Sequence record: NC_031103.1
From: Escherichia phage vB_EcoM-UFV13
DNA: 64,000 nucleotides
Reading direction: 5' to 3' (one strand)
Part shown: piece after piece, positions 1-10,569 of the stretch
Position numbering within the stretch: position 1 is the first letter of the stretch
Layout: each line of letters begins with the position of its first letter
Made by a program: the position numbers and the translations under genes
The notes under the pieces: model-generated
Told to the model about the DNA's origin: nothing
Databases searched by the model: none
What the model saw: the letters and a program-made list of their open reading frames with translations, nothing else

Positions 1-2178
1 TTAGGCCGCAAGGGCCTTCATAGTTTTAGCGATTTGGGAAACTTCATCATCACTTAAAGAGTTGCGATAACCGATGAAGTCGGAAACAATACGGAATTTC
101 TTGGTAAACTCAGCAACCATTTTATCACTGTTTTTTGAAGCATTATTTGATAATACATCAAAAAGATTAGTTACTGTCCAGATATCATGACCGATGGTAT
201 CTTTTCCACCATTAAAATATACACCCTGTAATGAACTAACCATATTAGCAAGTCGTGTATATTCTTCAGAAACTTCATCTACACTGAAGTACTTCATCAT
301 AAAATCTAACTCAGGATACTTGATAATTTTATCAATATATCGTTTAGCTGAACTTGAATAACCTACATACTTATCATAATCTACATCATCAAAAGCATCT
401 ACATATAAATCACGCAAAGCTTCAAAAATACATTGGCACTGACCAAGCTCTTTTATCTTTTTCTGCAAAAGCGGACGAATAACATAAAATTCATTAATGC
501 CAATAAGATTAGCCATACGAGTCAAAATACTCGTAGATGGATGACAAAGCGATGTAGTACCATCCATAGAGAAAATATCAGAACGATGCATGTATGCTAC
601 ATAACCAGTAATTTCATCTGCTTCTGATGTAAGTGTAAATAATTCCTCTTTTTCCCAACGCCCATCTTTAATTTCAAACTTAAATGCTGTAGCAGCTTTA
701 GGACGAGGAGCTTTACTTTTAACTACCTTTGGAATATAGCTTTTAACTAAAGCTTCAATTTCTGACAAATAATGAATGTTAACTTCATCATTTTCAAACA
801 TTGCCATAATATCAGGGAGTAAATCAATCTGTGATTCTACTTCTGGATTAATAAACAGAAGACGCTCATTGTGATGAATATTTAAGGTGTTATTAAATTC
901 ACTATCATCTAATGCACGTGCTAATCCACGGACAATATTAACACGATTTTTAATATTATCAATAACAATATTAATTTTTGTCGTATTAATACCAAACAGA
1001 CGATAACTTGATGCAACGGCTGAAGTTTCATGGCTTTGTTTAATGCGTTTCAGTCGAGGGTCAAGATTTACTTCATACACAACTCCTGCATTGCATAACT
1101 TACTGTCAGGTTCAAACATACTCTGCATCTTCTTATATGACAGATTTTTAGTCGTGAATTTCACTGAATTGCTAATCATATAATCTCGAGCAGAATACCC
1201 CATCTTCATCAATTCACGGTATGTATGACGAGGAGATGTAGATTCTTTAAATCGTTTTACATCTTCATTGAATGCCTTTTCACTAAGCTCTTTAACTCGT
1301 TCAATAATATTTTTACGAGTACGATCATCTAATGAAAGAGCTTCGCGTGATGGAGCAATATCAAGTGAACCCATTGGAAACTTAATGTAATTCACTTCAT
1401 TGCGGATGCTTAACCAGTTGCGGTCTCTAATAACACCATCAATAGGATAAACAATACCGCCATAGATAGCATATAATCCACCACGATCAGGCCAGTATCT
1501 TTCTGGATTTACGCCGTAATAATCATCAAAATCCGGAAAATAATCAATTTCGCGGTCAAGACCATTAATGATAGCCAAATCTTTGAATGGTCGCATGATA
1601 TAAGAAACTTCATAAGCAAAGTTTCTAAAATCTTTTTCTTCAACTGGAACTACGATTTCAATACCAGTTTTATCATCTGGACCCATTTCTTTTACGAATG
1701 TAGGTTTAATCTGTGGACCATCACCATCCATATAAGCTACATAACCACGAATTTCACCTTTATGATACGAAGTAATACTAAATGTATCAGTATAACTAAA
1801 CGGAGATTTAGAACCTAAACCAAATCCGCCAATGAAATCGTTAGATTCAGCCTTAGATGAACTGAAGTATGAATTATACAGACCAGAAGAATTATCATCA
1901 CCCTGAATATCAAAATCACTCATACCCGGACCAAAATCTCGGCAAACAAATCGTGGATCTAAACGTCCAGGAACTTGAATGATAAATTTTTCAGGATTTC
2001 CATTGAGAGCATGGGCATCAATCATGTTGGTAATCAATTCACGGACTACTGCGCGAATTTTATTTGTATACAAATCAGATGACAGAATTTTAAATACTTT
2101 AGGATTTGCTGCGATGCTAAATGCTTTTGATTTAGAACCATTACCAAGAATTGTTTCTTTTTCAGTGGTGATAATCAT
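1..2178 (-). CDS. rIIA: rIIA protein (GHKL-type ATPase-like N-terminus)
   Basis: 725-aa ORF; length and N-terminus match T4 rIIA as recalled; stop codon at window positions 1-3. Confidence 0.85.
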   Translation of the reverse strand: MIITTEKETILGNGSKSKAFSIAANPKVFKILSSDLYTNKIRAVVRELITNMIDAHALNGNPEKFIIQVPGRLDPRFVCRDFGPGMSDFDIQGDDNSSGLYNSYFSSSKAESNDFIGGFGLGSKSPFSYTDTFSITSYHKGEIRGYVAYMDGDGPQIKPTFVKEMGPDDKTGIEIVVPVEEKDFRNFAYEVSYIMRPFKDLAIINGLDREIDYFPDFDDYYGVNPERYWPDRGGLYAIYGGIVYPIDGVIRDRNWLSIRNEVNYIKFPMGSLDIAPSREALSLDDRTRKNIIERVKELSEKAFNEDVKRFKESTSPRHTYRELMKMGYSARDYMISNSVKFTTKNLSYKKMQSMFEPDSKLCNAGVVYEVNLDPRLKRIKQSHETSAVASSYRLFGINTTKINIVIDNIKNRVNIVRGLARALDDSEFNNTLNIHHNERLLFINPEVESQIDLLPDIMAMFENDEVNIHYLSEIEALVKSYIPKVVKSKAPRPKAATAFKFEIKDGRWEKEELFTLTSEADEITGYVAYMHRSDIFSMDGTTSLCHPSTSILTRMANLIGINEFYVIRPLLQKKIKELGQCQCIFEALRDLYVDAFDDVDYDKYVGYSSSAKRYIDKIIKYPELDFMMKYFSVDEVSEEYTRLANMVSSLQGVYFNGGKDTIGHDIWTVTNLFDVLSNNASKNSDKMVAEFTKKFRIVSDFIGYRNSLSDDEVSQIAKTMKALAA

Positions 2179-2188
2179 AATTTCCTCA

Positions 2189-2392
2189 TTAATTCATATT
2201 ACGCTTAATAACTTCAGCAACTTCTAGTAGTTCATCTTTAGTTGCGGTGTCGGATTGAATTTTATCTCTAATATCTTTAAAGCGGTTTTTAAATTCTTCG
2301 GCTTCTCCCATATCGAAAAAGCGTTGAATGATTCTATATTCTCGATGAACTGCTTTATCAAAAAGTTCTAAATTTACTTTATATGATTTCAT
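2189..2392 (-). CDS. small early protein (T4 rIIA.1 position)
   Basis: 67-aa ORF directly upstream of rIIA; early promoter immediately upstream. Confidence 0.55.
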   Translation of the reverse strand: MKSYKVNLELFDKAVHREYRIIQRFFDMGEAEEFKNRFKDIRDKIQSDTATKDELLEVAEVIKRNMN

Positions 2393-2417
2393 TCCAATAT
2401 CCTCATTTGCCCAATTA

Positions 2418-2447
2418 ATTATACCACATCCTTGTGGTAAAGTAAAC
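2418..2447 (-). promoter_or_regulatory. early promoter (GTTTAC-18-TATAAT)
   Basis: Minus strand GTTTAC then 18 nt then TGGTATAAT. Confidence 0.6.
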
Positions 2448-4264
2448 TACTGGCTCATCCATTCTTTACGAAGATCAGCATTATCTCCCATGAGCATTTC
2501 AAAAAGCTCTTTCCAGTTCTCAGGAAGTTTAACAACATCATATACCGGATTTTGAATCATCTCACGATATTCAGATTTTTCCAAAGAGCCAAGTCCCTTA
2601 ATATAACGGATGCTATGTTTAGGTAGAGCATCTTTAGCACTCTCATATTCAGCGACTGTATAAAACCATTCTTGTTTTTTACCGACCTGAGCGATGATTA
2701 CAGGAGTTTTGACGAAGCGAATTCGTCCTTGCTCAAACAATTCTGGCCAATTACTAAAAAATCCGAGCAGAGAAGGATAAATGCTTCCTAGACCATCATG
2801 GTCAGCATCAGTCATAATAGCAATATTATGATAATTCAAGTTTTCAGCTTTTTCACCGAGAACTAATCCAGTTATTGCGCAAATATCAAATAGTTCTTTG
2901 TTTTTAAGCATATCAGCATATGACATACCCCAACTGTTGAGAACTTTACCACGCAATGGATAACCACCATGAAGTTCTTTATCACGAACATCAATAAGAT
3001 ATCCGATAGCAGAATCGCCCTCAGTTAAGAATAGTGTAGTGTCAGCATCTTTACCACAAAGATTCGCTTTGATGTGTTTATGAACCTTAGCTTTAGAAGC
3101 CTTTTTAGCTGCTTTAGTTTCTGCTGCTTTTTCTGCTGCCAATTTACGGGCCAAGGCAGCTTCAATAATTGGCATCAAAATAGCTTCATTATTTAGAATA
3201 GCGCGTGAAATCTTTTTAGCATCAAGCTGAATATGACTACGAATTTCGCCAAATGGAGAAGTCAAACGCTCTTTAGTTTGAGAATCAAATCGCATGTTTT
3301 TCATATCACGAACAAACATAACGATAGTCAAACATTCTTTGACACGTGCTTTAGTTACATCAATTTTGAACTTACGTTTGATTTGTGGAATAAGGTCTTC
3401 ACAAATATCATCCATAACACAGTCAATGTGATGGCCACCATTCTTAGTGTGGATGTTATTCACATAAGTTAATTGACGAAATCCATCCGGTGAACGACCA
3501 ACCGCAATAGAACAATTTTCTTGTTCTTGAACAATAGCATGTTCATCATACTGTCGTGCATATTTCTTAAAATTGCCCTGAACCTTTTTACCATTAAAGG
3601 TAAATTGAATATCAGGATAAACAACAGCAAGTGTCTGGAGACGATCTAGTGTAATGTCAAGATAAACTTGAGACAATTCATTAGTTTCAAATGACATAAA
3701 ATCAGGAATGAAAGTAACACGAGTTCCTTTCCATTTTCCAGGAATATCTTCCCATGATTTATTTTCCATGCCATTTGAACAACGAACTACAATATTATTT
3801 TGACCATCGCCAGTTTCACCGACAAACATCACAGAAAAAATGTTTGTCAAACTAGAACCAACACCATTCATACCGCCGGTGACACGTTCTTTATCATCAC
3901 CGAAGTTACCACCTGCTTTTGGAATAGTCCATGCAGCAACAGGACCAGGAATTTCTTCACCGGTAGGTGTTTTGACCATCGCTTGTGGAATACCGCGACC
4001 GTTATCTTCAACTGTTACTTGATTGTTTTTAATAGTAACATTAATTTTATTTGCGAATTTAAACTTAGTACGAATACCTTCATCTACTGAGTTATCGATA
4101 ATTTCATCAATAAGCTTAACAAGACCAGGTACATACTGAACACTTTCCCATTTACCAAACAGAAAGCGCTCATGCATTTCATTAGCAGAAGAGCCAATGT
4201 ACATGCCACTACGCTTTTTGATATGTTCAATATCGCTCAGAATTTTAATTTCATTCTTAATCAT
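2447..4264 (-). CDS. 39: DNA topoisomerase II large subunit gp39, uninterrupted
   Basis: Track ORF 2447..4267 begins at GTG; ATG at 4264 gives MIKNEIK...; GyrB-like ATPase and Toprim regions; about 605 aa, continuous rather than split into 39 and 60 as in T4. Confidence 0.9.
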   Translation of the reverse strand: MIKNEIKILSDIEHIKKRSGMYIGSSANEMHERFLFGKWESVQYVPGLVKLIDEIIDNSVDEGIRTKFKFANKINVTIKNNQVTVEDNGRGIPQAMVKTPTGEEIPGPVAAWTIPKAGGNFGDDKERVTGGMNGVGSSLTNIFSVMFVGETGDGQNNIVVRCSNGMENKSWEDIPGKWKGTRVTFIPDFMSFETNELSQVYLDITLDRLQTLAVVYPDIQFTFNGKKVQGNFKKYARQYDEHAIVQEQENCSIAVGRSPDGFRQLTYVNNIHTKNGGHHIDCVMDDICEDLIPQIKRKFKIDVTKARVKECLTIVMFVRDMKNMRFDSQTKERLTSPFGEIRSHIQLDAKKISRAILNNEAILMPIIEAALARKLAAEKAAETKAAKKASKAKVHKHIKANLCGKDADTTLFLTEGDSAIGYLIDVRDKELHGGYPLRGKVLNSWGMSYADMLKNKELFDICAITGLVLGEKAENLNYHNIAIMTDADHDGLGSIYPSLLGFFSNWPELFEQGRIRFVKTPVIIAQVGKKQEWFYTVAEYESAKDALPKHSIRYIKGLGSLEKSEYREMIQNPVYDVVKLPENWKELFEMLMGDNADLRKEWMSQ

Positions 4265-4316
4265 CACTTATCCTCGTTTGGTTTCGGGAATATTATACTC
4301 CGGTAATCATAAAGCT

Positions 4317-4334
4317 AAAGGCCCGAAGGCCTTT
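4317..4334 (-). terminator. intercistronic CUUCGG-type RNA hairpin
   Basis: aaaggcc-cgaa-ggccttt; just after lipoprotein ORF stop. Confidence 0.55.
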
Positions 4335-4603
4335 TATTTAAAACGGATAGTCGAATCCTTGAAGAATAGACCAGAACACACAGTTCCTTCTACTTTCTGC
4401 CCGGTAGGTCCAATAGCACGAAATCCAGTATGTTGAAAATCATTTTCAGAGCAACCGAACCAGTTATATCCAGTGATTTCAATATTAGTAAAACCACTTG
4501 AAGACAAAACTTTGGTTGCATTATCAGCATCAGTACATCCTGCTAAAGATACTGCTAATACTAATGCCGCGATAGAACGATTAACATATTTCATAATTTT
4601 CAC
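4334..4603 (-). CDS. predicted lipoprotein
   Basis: Signal peptide ending in lipobox LAGC; stop followed by CUUCGG hairpin. Confidence 0.5.
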   Translation of the reverse strand: MKIMKYVNRSIAALVLAVSLAGCTDADNATKVLSSSGFTNIEITGYNWFGCSENDFQHTGFRAIGPTGQKVEGTVCSGLFFKDSTIRFK

Positions 4604-4971
4604 TTAAATTTAATGGCTTGAAGAAGACTAATAATTCTCAAACGGCTTCTTTCATCTTTAACCGTAAATGAAAGAGGGTCGCCAGATTTCATAGTGATGG
4701 TGCATTCAAAATCAAAATCTTCTGTAACTTCTTCGAATAGGTCAAATTCTTCATCATAAATTAGAACATTACTCTGACAACTATGAAGAATTTTTCCATC
4801 ATTTCCAGAAGCTGTACTAATCATCGTAACATTGCGACCTTTCATATCTTCAACGATAAATTCGCTTGTAGATATTACAGCATTAATAGAACCATTCCTA
4901 TAAATAGCAGACATTAGATATTTCTTTTCTTCGCCTTCGCGAATACGATACTTCTTACCGATTTTAAACAT
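4600..4971 (-). CDS. hypothetical protein
   Basis: 123-aa ORF in same-strand array. Confidence 0.5.
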   Translation of the reverse strand: MFKIGKKYRIREGEEKKYLMSAIYRNGSINAVISTSEFIVEDMKGRNVTMISTASGNDGKILHSCQSNVLIYDEEFDLFEEVTEDFDFECTITMKSGDPLSFTVKDERSRLRIISLLQAIKFK

Positions 4972-4973
4972 AA

Positions 4974-5150
4974 TTACCCTTTAAGTAAGTCGTAAAAACC
5001 ACCATTCACATGCTTAGGAGCAGAAGGCCGACGAGTAGACAGACGATGACATTTAGGGCAAACATCATTTTCTCGTTCAGAAATCTTTTTAATTTTTTCA
5101 TATTCATGCCCGCAATCTTCGGATTGGCATTTATAATCATACATTGGCAT
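4974..5150 (-). CDS. zinc-ribbon small protein
   Basis: 58-aa ORF not in track (below 60 aa); CxxC-x16-CxxC; stop 2 nt from downstream start; coordinates hand-derived. Confidence 0.4.
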   Translation of the reverse strand: MPMYDYKCQSEDCGHEYEKIKKISERENDVCPKCHRLSTRRPSAPKHVNGGFYDLLKG

Positions 5151-5152
5151 AA

Positions 5153-5572
5153 TTATTCCTTAAAATGTGCTTTCAACATCTGATACAAGGACCATGCCTG
5201 TTCATTATTTTCAATAGTAATTTTCATTACCGGGAATTCTGTGAAATCTTCTATCTGTTCTTGCTCTTCCTGCTCTTGTTCTTCAGCAGCCTGATATGGA
5301 TTTCCCACTTCATCAAAAAATTCGGCTTCGTTAGTAGAGAGCCAGATAAAGTTTTCGTCAAGGATATCACCATGTGTTGCATATCCAATTGTGCCAGTAA
5401 ATGACATAATTTTAGTAGGACGCCCAAGATGGTCAACATCTAAAATTTTAAAAGGATGCATACCTAAACGTCGTGCATAAATTCCGTTATCAGTATGGTC
5501 CTTGATAAAAGCTTCTTGAGCTTGTTTATTTTTAAATTGATACCATTTATTAACTTCAAATCTAATAGCCAT
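5153..5572 (-). CDS. hypothetical protein with acidic EQ-repeat
   Basis: 139-aa ORF; size and position would fit T4 goF but sequence not recognised. Confidence 0.5.
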   Translation of the reverse strand: MAIRFEVNKWYQFKNKQAQEAFIKDHTDNGIYARRLGMHPFKILDVDHLGRPTKIMSFTGTIGYATHGDILDENFIWLSTNEAEFFDEVGNPYQAAEEQEQEEQEQIEDFTEFPVMKITIENNEQAWSLYQMLKAHFKE

Positions 5573-5787
5573 TAATAAATTTCCTTCCAGTAAGTTGTAC
5601 CGTCTTCAGTGATTTCACGGAATACACCATAAATCGGTTGTTTATCACCAACCTTTTCATACACATAAACCGAAGTCAAGTGAGTAAACTTAACGGTATG
5701 CTCCTTTTGAACCACTACCAAATCTGGATCGAATAATACATCTTCAAATTCGTCATTAGTGCAATTCTGAACAATTTTGCGTTTCAT
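5572..5787 (-). CDS. hypothetical protein (71 aa)
   Basis: Size and position would fit T4 cef; sequence not recognised. Confidence 0.45.
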   Translation of the reverse strand: MKRKIVQNCTNDEFEDVLFDPDLVVVQKEHTVKFTHLTSVYVYEKVGDKQPIYGVFREITEDGTTYWKEIY

Positions 5788-5800
5788 TACAATTTCCTCA

Positions 5801-6070
5801 TTAATTAAACAGTGGAGCGATGCGTTTCAGAAGAGTAGCAGCACCTTTAGCGAATTTTACATCATGAAAAACAGTTTCTTCTTCCGTTACAACACGAGCT
5901 TTAATGTTTTCACAATCCCAATTTTTACGAACAATCTTCAAAAGCTGCAGTAAATCTTTACATTCAGCAATATCGATAACACATCCACGAGAATCTTCCA
6001 TTATCGCACGATAACCGTAAGCCATACCATAATCGTTGAAAGATTGTTCGATGATAATTAAGTTTTCCAT
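5801..6070 (-). CDS. hypothetical protein
   Basis: Track ORF begins at TTG (6082); ATG at 6070 is preceded by GGAG. Confidence 0.5.
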   Translation of the reverse strand: MENLIIIEQSFNDYGMAYGYRAIMEDSRGCVIDIAECKDLLQLLKIVRKNWDCENIKARVVTEEETVFHDVKFAKGAATLLKRIAPLFN

Positions 6071-6094
6071 TTTATTCTCCAAGTTGTTTTCTAT

Positions 6095-6137
6095 ATCAGT
6101 AGTTGATATTGATATAGTACCATAATCAACTACTGAT
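6095..6137. repeat. 13-bp inverted repeat flanking a promoter -10 element
   Basis: atcagtagttgat / atcaactactgat separated by 17 nt containing TACTAT. Confidence 0.6.
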
Positions 6138-6167
6138 GTATATAGTTTTATGAAAAAATTTTAAACT

Positions 6168-6656
6168 TTATGCATAGAGAGCATTGCTATAGTGTTTAAT
6201 CCAACTTTCAGGAATGACTTTATATGTTCCTAAAAATACCACGTTGTACAACTTAACACCATCTTCTACCCATTGATCTGTAATGTATCCACACATAGCG
6301 CGAGTATAAGCAGCCTTTCCATCATCTTTGATAAATTTAAATTCGCAAGGAGCAATGAACTTAATAGCTTGACCGAGTTTCCACTTAAAGTCTACACCTA
6401 CATGTGAAGTATCAATCGTTTCAATTCCTTTAGCAGGAACAGCTTTCAAAAACGCAGATTCAAGAAATTTCGCACGAACATAGCCAAACTGAGGTTTAGA
6501 CTTTCCATCTTTAGGAATGATACGCACTTTTACTTCAGAATCTTCATCTTTAACGCCATGTTTAAGCTGAATGCTTACAATTTCAACCAATTTTCCTGCT
6601 GCTTTAGAGCGGGATTTATCAGATACACGAGCTAATTCACCAATATTAATAATCAT
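6168..6656 (-). CDS. hypothetical protein (T4 motB size/position)
   Basis: 162-aa ORF; C-terminal domain shared with the next ORF. Confidence 0.5.
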   Translation of the reverse strand: MIINIGELARVSDKSRSKAAGKLVEIVSIQLKHGVKDEDSEVKVRIIPKDGKSKPQFGYVRAKFLESAFLKAVPAKGIETIDTSHVGVDFKWKLGQAIKFIAPCEFKFIKDDGKAAYTRAMCGYITDQWVEDGVKLYNVVFLGTYKVIPESWIKHYSNALYA

Positions 6657-6700
6657 AGTTATCTCTCACTTGTTAAAAAGATTTTATACTCCACAGGACC

Positions 6701-6730
6701 ATTATACTCTGGTCCCAAGAGTTTGTAAAC
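6701..6730 (-). promoter_or_regulatory. early promoter
   Basis: GTTTAC-18-TATAAT on minus strand. Confidence 0.55.
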
Positions 6731-6732
6731 TA

Positions 6733-7266
6733 TTAATTTAAAATAGCTACCACCGCACTACGAGGTACTACACTAAAATCACCTGCATGAACAACGTTCA
6801 GAAGTTCAACACCATCTTCAATCCACTGGTCTGTTACCCAACCACAGACCGAAATAAATGGAGTCTTGATAGCTACCGCATGAGTTAGAAGGTCAGTAGG
6901 ATCGCATTCTTGAAAGAGGATGAACTCTGCTTCATAAACAAGGATTTTCTCTATTTTGTTATTGTCTAAACGACGACCGTGGACAATATAAGATTTAGTA
7001 AACCATTTACTTTTTTCAAAATCTTCAACAATAAATTCGCCTTCGCCAAAAACATCAGTCAGAGTTTTATGGCCGGAAATCAAGGCATTAGTTTTAATTT
7101 CAGGTTCAACCAGTTTGTAGGTTTTGCCGATTTCAATAGCGGTAGTCATAGTAGTTTCCTTAATTTCCAGTGGTTTAACAGGGCATACATAAGTGCTTAC
7201 AACATCAAAATCAATCAGTTTAGCTACTGGATTTGGTGTGTATTCAGGATTATAATTAAATTTCAT
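6733..7266 (-). CDS. hypothetical protein, paralog of 6168..6656 in C-terminal domain
   Basis: C-terminus CGWVTDQWIEDGVELLNVV aligns with CGYITDQWVEDGVKLYNVV. Confidence 0.5.
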   Translation of the reverse strand: MKFNYNPEYTPNPVAKLIDFDVVSTYVCPVKPLEIKETTMTTAIEIGKTYKLVEPEIKTNALISGHKTLTDVFGEGEFIVEDFEKSKWFTKSYIVHGRRLDNNKIEKILVYEAEFILFQECDPTDLLTHAVAIKTPFISVCGWVTDQWIEDGVELLNVVHAGDFSVVPRSAVVAILN

Positions 7267-7268
7267 AA

Positions 7269-7769
7269 TTATCTCATTTCAATAAAATCTACGAGTTCAG
7301 CATGCGATTTGCGGAACATTACTTGGTGCCCACCAATGATAACTTCATCTTCAGGAACTTCGTATACAGCGAGATAAAATCCTTTAGAAGATAATTCTTC
7401 CCGCTCTTCTCGTGTGAACCATCTCATCATATCATACTCACTAGCGAAAGCAAAATGATAAAGAGCTATAAACCATCCTGGAATATGATATTCTACTCCA
7501 ACATAATCTTTCTTGAACTTAGTATTAATTACTATATTAGCGTTTTTAACTAATAGTTTATCTTCGTGTGGTAAAGGAATTCTTTTATTATTATCGCTAT
7601 GATGCATAAAATTAGGTCTGTCATAACCTACGTGTAATAGCCACTCTTCGCTCCATGAATCTATTATACTCCTGTACGGCGTTATTTGAACACAAAGATT
7701 TCGACGTATTGTTATAGCATCTTCATAATCAAGAATACTAAACGATGATTCAACACGATAAATTTTCAT
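7269..7769 (-). CDS. hypothetical protein
   Basis: Track ORF begins at TTG inside promoter; ATG at 7769 preceded by GAGGA. Confidence 0.5.
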   Translation of the reverse strand: MKIYRVESSFSILDYEDAITIRRNLCVQITPYRSIIDSWSEEWLLHVGYDRPNFMHHSDNNKRIPLPHEDKLLVKNANIVINTKFKKDYVGVEYHIPGWFIALYHFAFASEYDMMRWFTREEREELSSKGFYLAVYEVPEDEVIIGGHQVMFRKSHAELVDFIEMR

Positions 7770-7796
7770 TTTATTATCCTCAGTAGCTATGGTGTT

Positions 7797-7826
7797 ATAA
7801 TACCACAACTAACCGAGGAAGTAAAC
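7797..7826 (-). promoter_or_regulatory. early promoter
   Basis: GTTTAC-18-TATTAT. Confidence 0.5.
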
Positions 7827-7832
7827 AACTTT

Positions 7833-8516
7833 TTATCGTTTTGTTGGAAGAGACAGAGGATCGCACTCTTCCTCTGACGGAGCATCTTCAAGACCCATAG
7901 CATATCGCAAAGCATACTTCATCATCAGAATATCTTTCGCACAGTCATGAATAGAATCATGCGCAACGAATCCATCCAATGTTCCTTTTGGAAGAGGACA
8001 TGTGGTCATATCACGAACGAGCAGAAGTGCTTCAATTCTGGTACGAATATCACGCTGATTCCAGAATTTACATGGTTCTAACTTAAATGTGTCAAGTTCA
8101 TTCTCAGAAACGCCATTAAAACGTTGAATATCGCGAATGAGATCGACTAAAATTGGAAAATCAAACGACATTCCACGGCACCAGCCTTGAGATTTCCAAG
8201 GATCGATGTTATGCGCATTGATGTAATCATTAAATTTTACAATACCATCGATAGTGCTTACATCTTCATCGGATGGTGCAATATTTTTTCTAGCTTCAGG
8301 GGATTGATTCTTCCACCATTCGATAGTGCTTTTAGTAAAAAGACGGTGTCCTTTTTGGCTTTTTAAATCAAATTTGATTTTAATGCCGCGTGAAACTAAT
8401 TCATCAAATGATTCAACGACTTCTGGATTAGGGTCAAAAGCAATTACAGCCAAATCAATAACAGCTGCTTTTTCACCACTTCCCATTGTTTCAAAATCTA
8501 TAATAAAATCAAACAT
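7833..8516 (-). CDS. dexA: exonuclease A (DnaQ-like 3'-5' exonuclease)
   Basis: 227 aa; DFETMG Exo I motif; size and position as T4 dexA. Confidence 0.8.
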   Translation of the reverse strand: MFDFIIDFETMGSGEKAAVIDLAVIAFDPNPEVVESFDELVSRGIKIKFDLKSQKGHRLFTKSTIEWWKNQSPEARKNIAPSDEDVSTIDGIVKFNDYINAHNIDPWKSQGWCRGMSFDFPILVDLIRDIQRFNGVSENELDTFKLEPCKFWNQRDIRTRIEALLLVRDMTTCPLPKGTLDGFVAHDSIHDCAKDILMMKYALRYAMGLEDAPSEEECDPLSLPTKR

Positions 8517-8773
8517 TAAACTTTCCTCGCTAAATCGCGAATTTGACCTACAGTATAATCTTGAATATAAACTTTATTAATAGGCTCATCCATAAATTTT
8601 GCCATAGATTCAATATCTTTTTGCATCTCTTCAAGACTGTATACTATCTTTAAAGCTTTTTCACGAATAGTTACATTTTCAGGTCCTGGATTTTCTTCAA
8701 TGACAGCTTTAACATTTGTCATAAGAGATTTAAACTGGTACCAACTCAACTCAATCATTAATAATCGCCTCAT
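8516..8773 (-). CDS. hypothetical protein (85 aa), tandem paralog family
   Basis: Shares pattern with next ORF. Confidence 0.5.
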   Translation of the reverse strand: MRRLLMIELSWYQFKSLMTNVKAVIEENPGPENVTIREKALKIVYSLEEMQKDIESMAKFMDEPINKVYIQDYTVGQIRDLARKV

Positions 8774-9011
8774 AAAGATAGCTAATTTCGCCTAAAACGT
8801 AATCATTGATTGTAACAGTTTTCACTTCACCACAAAAGAATTCTAACGCAATTAAATCTCGTTCAATTTCTTCTAATTGAAGCATCAACTTACTAGATTC
8901 AATTTTTACAGTTTCACGATTTTTACCATGAGCAATTTCATAAATTTCGCTAACTTTATCCTGAAGAAGATAAAACTGATCTTTAGTTATTTCCACGAAT
9001 AGCTTCCTCAA
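8751..9011 (-). CDS. hypothetical protein (86 aa), tandem paralog family
   Basis: Paralogous to 8516..8773. Confidence 0.5.
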   Translation of the reverse strand: MRKLFVEITKDQFYLLQDKVSEIYEIAHGKNRETVKIESSKLMLQLEEIERDLIALEFFCGEVKTVTINDYVLGEISYLYEAIIND

Positions 9012-9243
9012 ATTTAATTAGTAATTTACAGACACTTTCATCTAGTGTAATTACCGTATCTGTATTACTGTGATATGATTGTTTTTCAATTCGTTTAATT
9101 GCTAATATAGTATCACTTATAAGATAAAGCTTATGAAGGAGCTCAGCTCCTGTTACCATAACATTAAGATTATCTTGCTTATTAGTATGCTTCCTTATAC
9201 CATCTATTAGACGATTTAAATATTTTGAATTGATGTTAATCAT
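8983..9243 (-). CDS. hypothetical protein (86 aa)
   Basis: Third similarly sized ORF in tandem. Confidence 0.45.
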   Translation of the reverse strand: MININSKYLNRLIDGIRKHTNKQDNLNVMVTGAELLHKLYLISDTILAIKRIEKQSYHSNTDTVITLDESVCKLLIKFEEAIRGNN

Positions 9244-9249
9244 ATAGCC

Positions 9250-10569
9250 TCACACATAAAACACATCATAACGACCACGTGTTACACCAACATAAAGAAG
9301 CTGCTGAGCTAGTTCAGCATCTGCATAATGAATACAAGGCGTATAAATGAAAGCACGGTCTACAGACATACCCTGCGCTTTATGGAATGTTGATGCAGGA
9401 AGTGCTTTCACTTTACTGAACTGTGATTTAGCATCCCAAAAATCACTCCACGGAGCTTTTCCGCCTTTATTCCAGTTCTTATAAGTTTCTGCCGTTTTAC
9501 CTAAAAATAGGTTAAACTTATATAGCTCTTCATCAGATGAAATTATTTTAATCTTTTCGCGATAATATTCATCATCGCCGTAAGTTTCTACTGTTAAATC
9601 CCAATGACGAATTAGATATTCTCCAGAAACACCACGAGCTTTAACAAAGGTTGATGTATACTCTGCTTCTATAATACGAACTAATTGTCCATTATTAAAA
9701 ATAATTTCTGACACAGGCTTTCCATCAATTTTATATGTTTTAATTAATGGTTCCTGCATTACAATAATTTCACCGACAATAAAATCTTTATCAGTTTCAA
9801 AAATCTTTTTACGAATAATATTGTTTAACTTATCAACAGATTTATTCGTAAATGCCATTACACGATTTTCAAACAAATCATCTAGTGATTTGACGATTGA
9901 AAAATAATTTACCATAAAATCGCGTAAAGCGGTATCACCGGTAAATCCACGTACTCCATGACCGTCAACAACTTTATCATAAATCCACTTACCATTACGA
10001 ACGTCAGTAGCTACATCAATAATAGGAGCATTACTGCGTTTAACTTCAGTGAGTTCACACTGATAAAAGTCTTTGTGTGTAAAGAATGGACTGATATAAG
10101 CAGTATTTTCTCCTGGGTCAACAGGTCTAATTTGCTTATTATCACCTATTCCAATTATAGTACACCACGGCGGGATAGTTGAAAGCAGAATTTTAAATAG
10201 CTTTCTATCATACATTGACACTTCGTCGCAGATTAATACTCTGCATTTAGCCAAATCCGGTACTTCTTTTTGCTCAAAAAGAACGTTTTCTTCATATGTT
10301 ACTGGGTTAATTTTAAGAATACTATGAATAGTACTCGCTTCTTTCCCAGATAGTTTTGAAAGAATCTTTTTAGCTGCATGAGTAGGAGCCGCTAAAATAA
10401 TACCAGTTTCACCTGTAGATATTAGAGCTTCAATGATGAACTTAGTAAGAGTAGTCTTACCAGTACCAGCAGGTCCATTAATAGTTACATGGTGTTTCTT
10501 TTCTTTGATAGCCTTCATAACAATGTTAAAGGCATTTTTCTGGCCTTCGGTCAAATCATCAAATGTCAT
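9250..10569 (-). CDS. dda: Dda DNA helicase (SF1B)
   Basis: 439 aa; essentially the T4 Dda sequence as recalled; Walker A GPAGTGKT. Confidence 0.95.
   Translation of the reverse strand: MTFDDLTEGQKNAFNIVMKAIKEKKHHVTINGPAGTGKTTLTKFIIEALISTGETGIILAAPTHAAKKILSKLSGKEASTIHSILKINPVTYEENVLFEQKEVPDLAKCRVLICDEVSMYDRKLFKILLSTIPPWCTIIGIGDNKQIRPVDPGENTAYISPFFTHKDFYQCELTEVKRSNAPIIDVATDVRNGKWIYDKVVDGHGVRGFTGDTALRDFMVNYFSIVKSLDDLFENRVMAFTNKSVDKLNNIIRKKIFETDKDFIVGEIIVMQEPLIKTYKIDGKPVSEIIFNNGQLVRIIEAEYTSTFVKARGVSGEYLIRHWDLTVETYGDDEYYREKIKIISSDEELYKFNLFLGKTAETYKNWNKGGKAPWSDFWDAKSQFSKVKALPASTFHKAQGMSVDRAFIYTPCIHYADAELAQQLLYVGVTRGRYDVFYV

Noticed and set aside
433-627. Plus-strand ORFs in the track nested inside minus-strand genes (for example 433..627, 1979..2227, 3800..4090, 30434..30850, 32846..33229, 60301..60684)
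   Set aside because: They lie wholly within well-supported minus-strand genes, lack ribosome-binding sites, and are the expected antisense open frames of AT-rich DNA.
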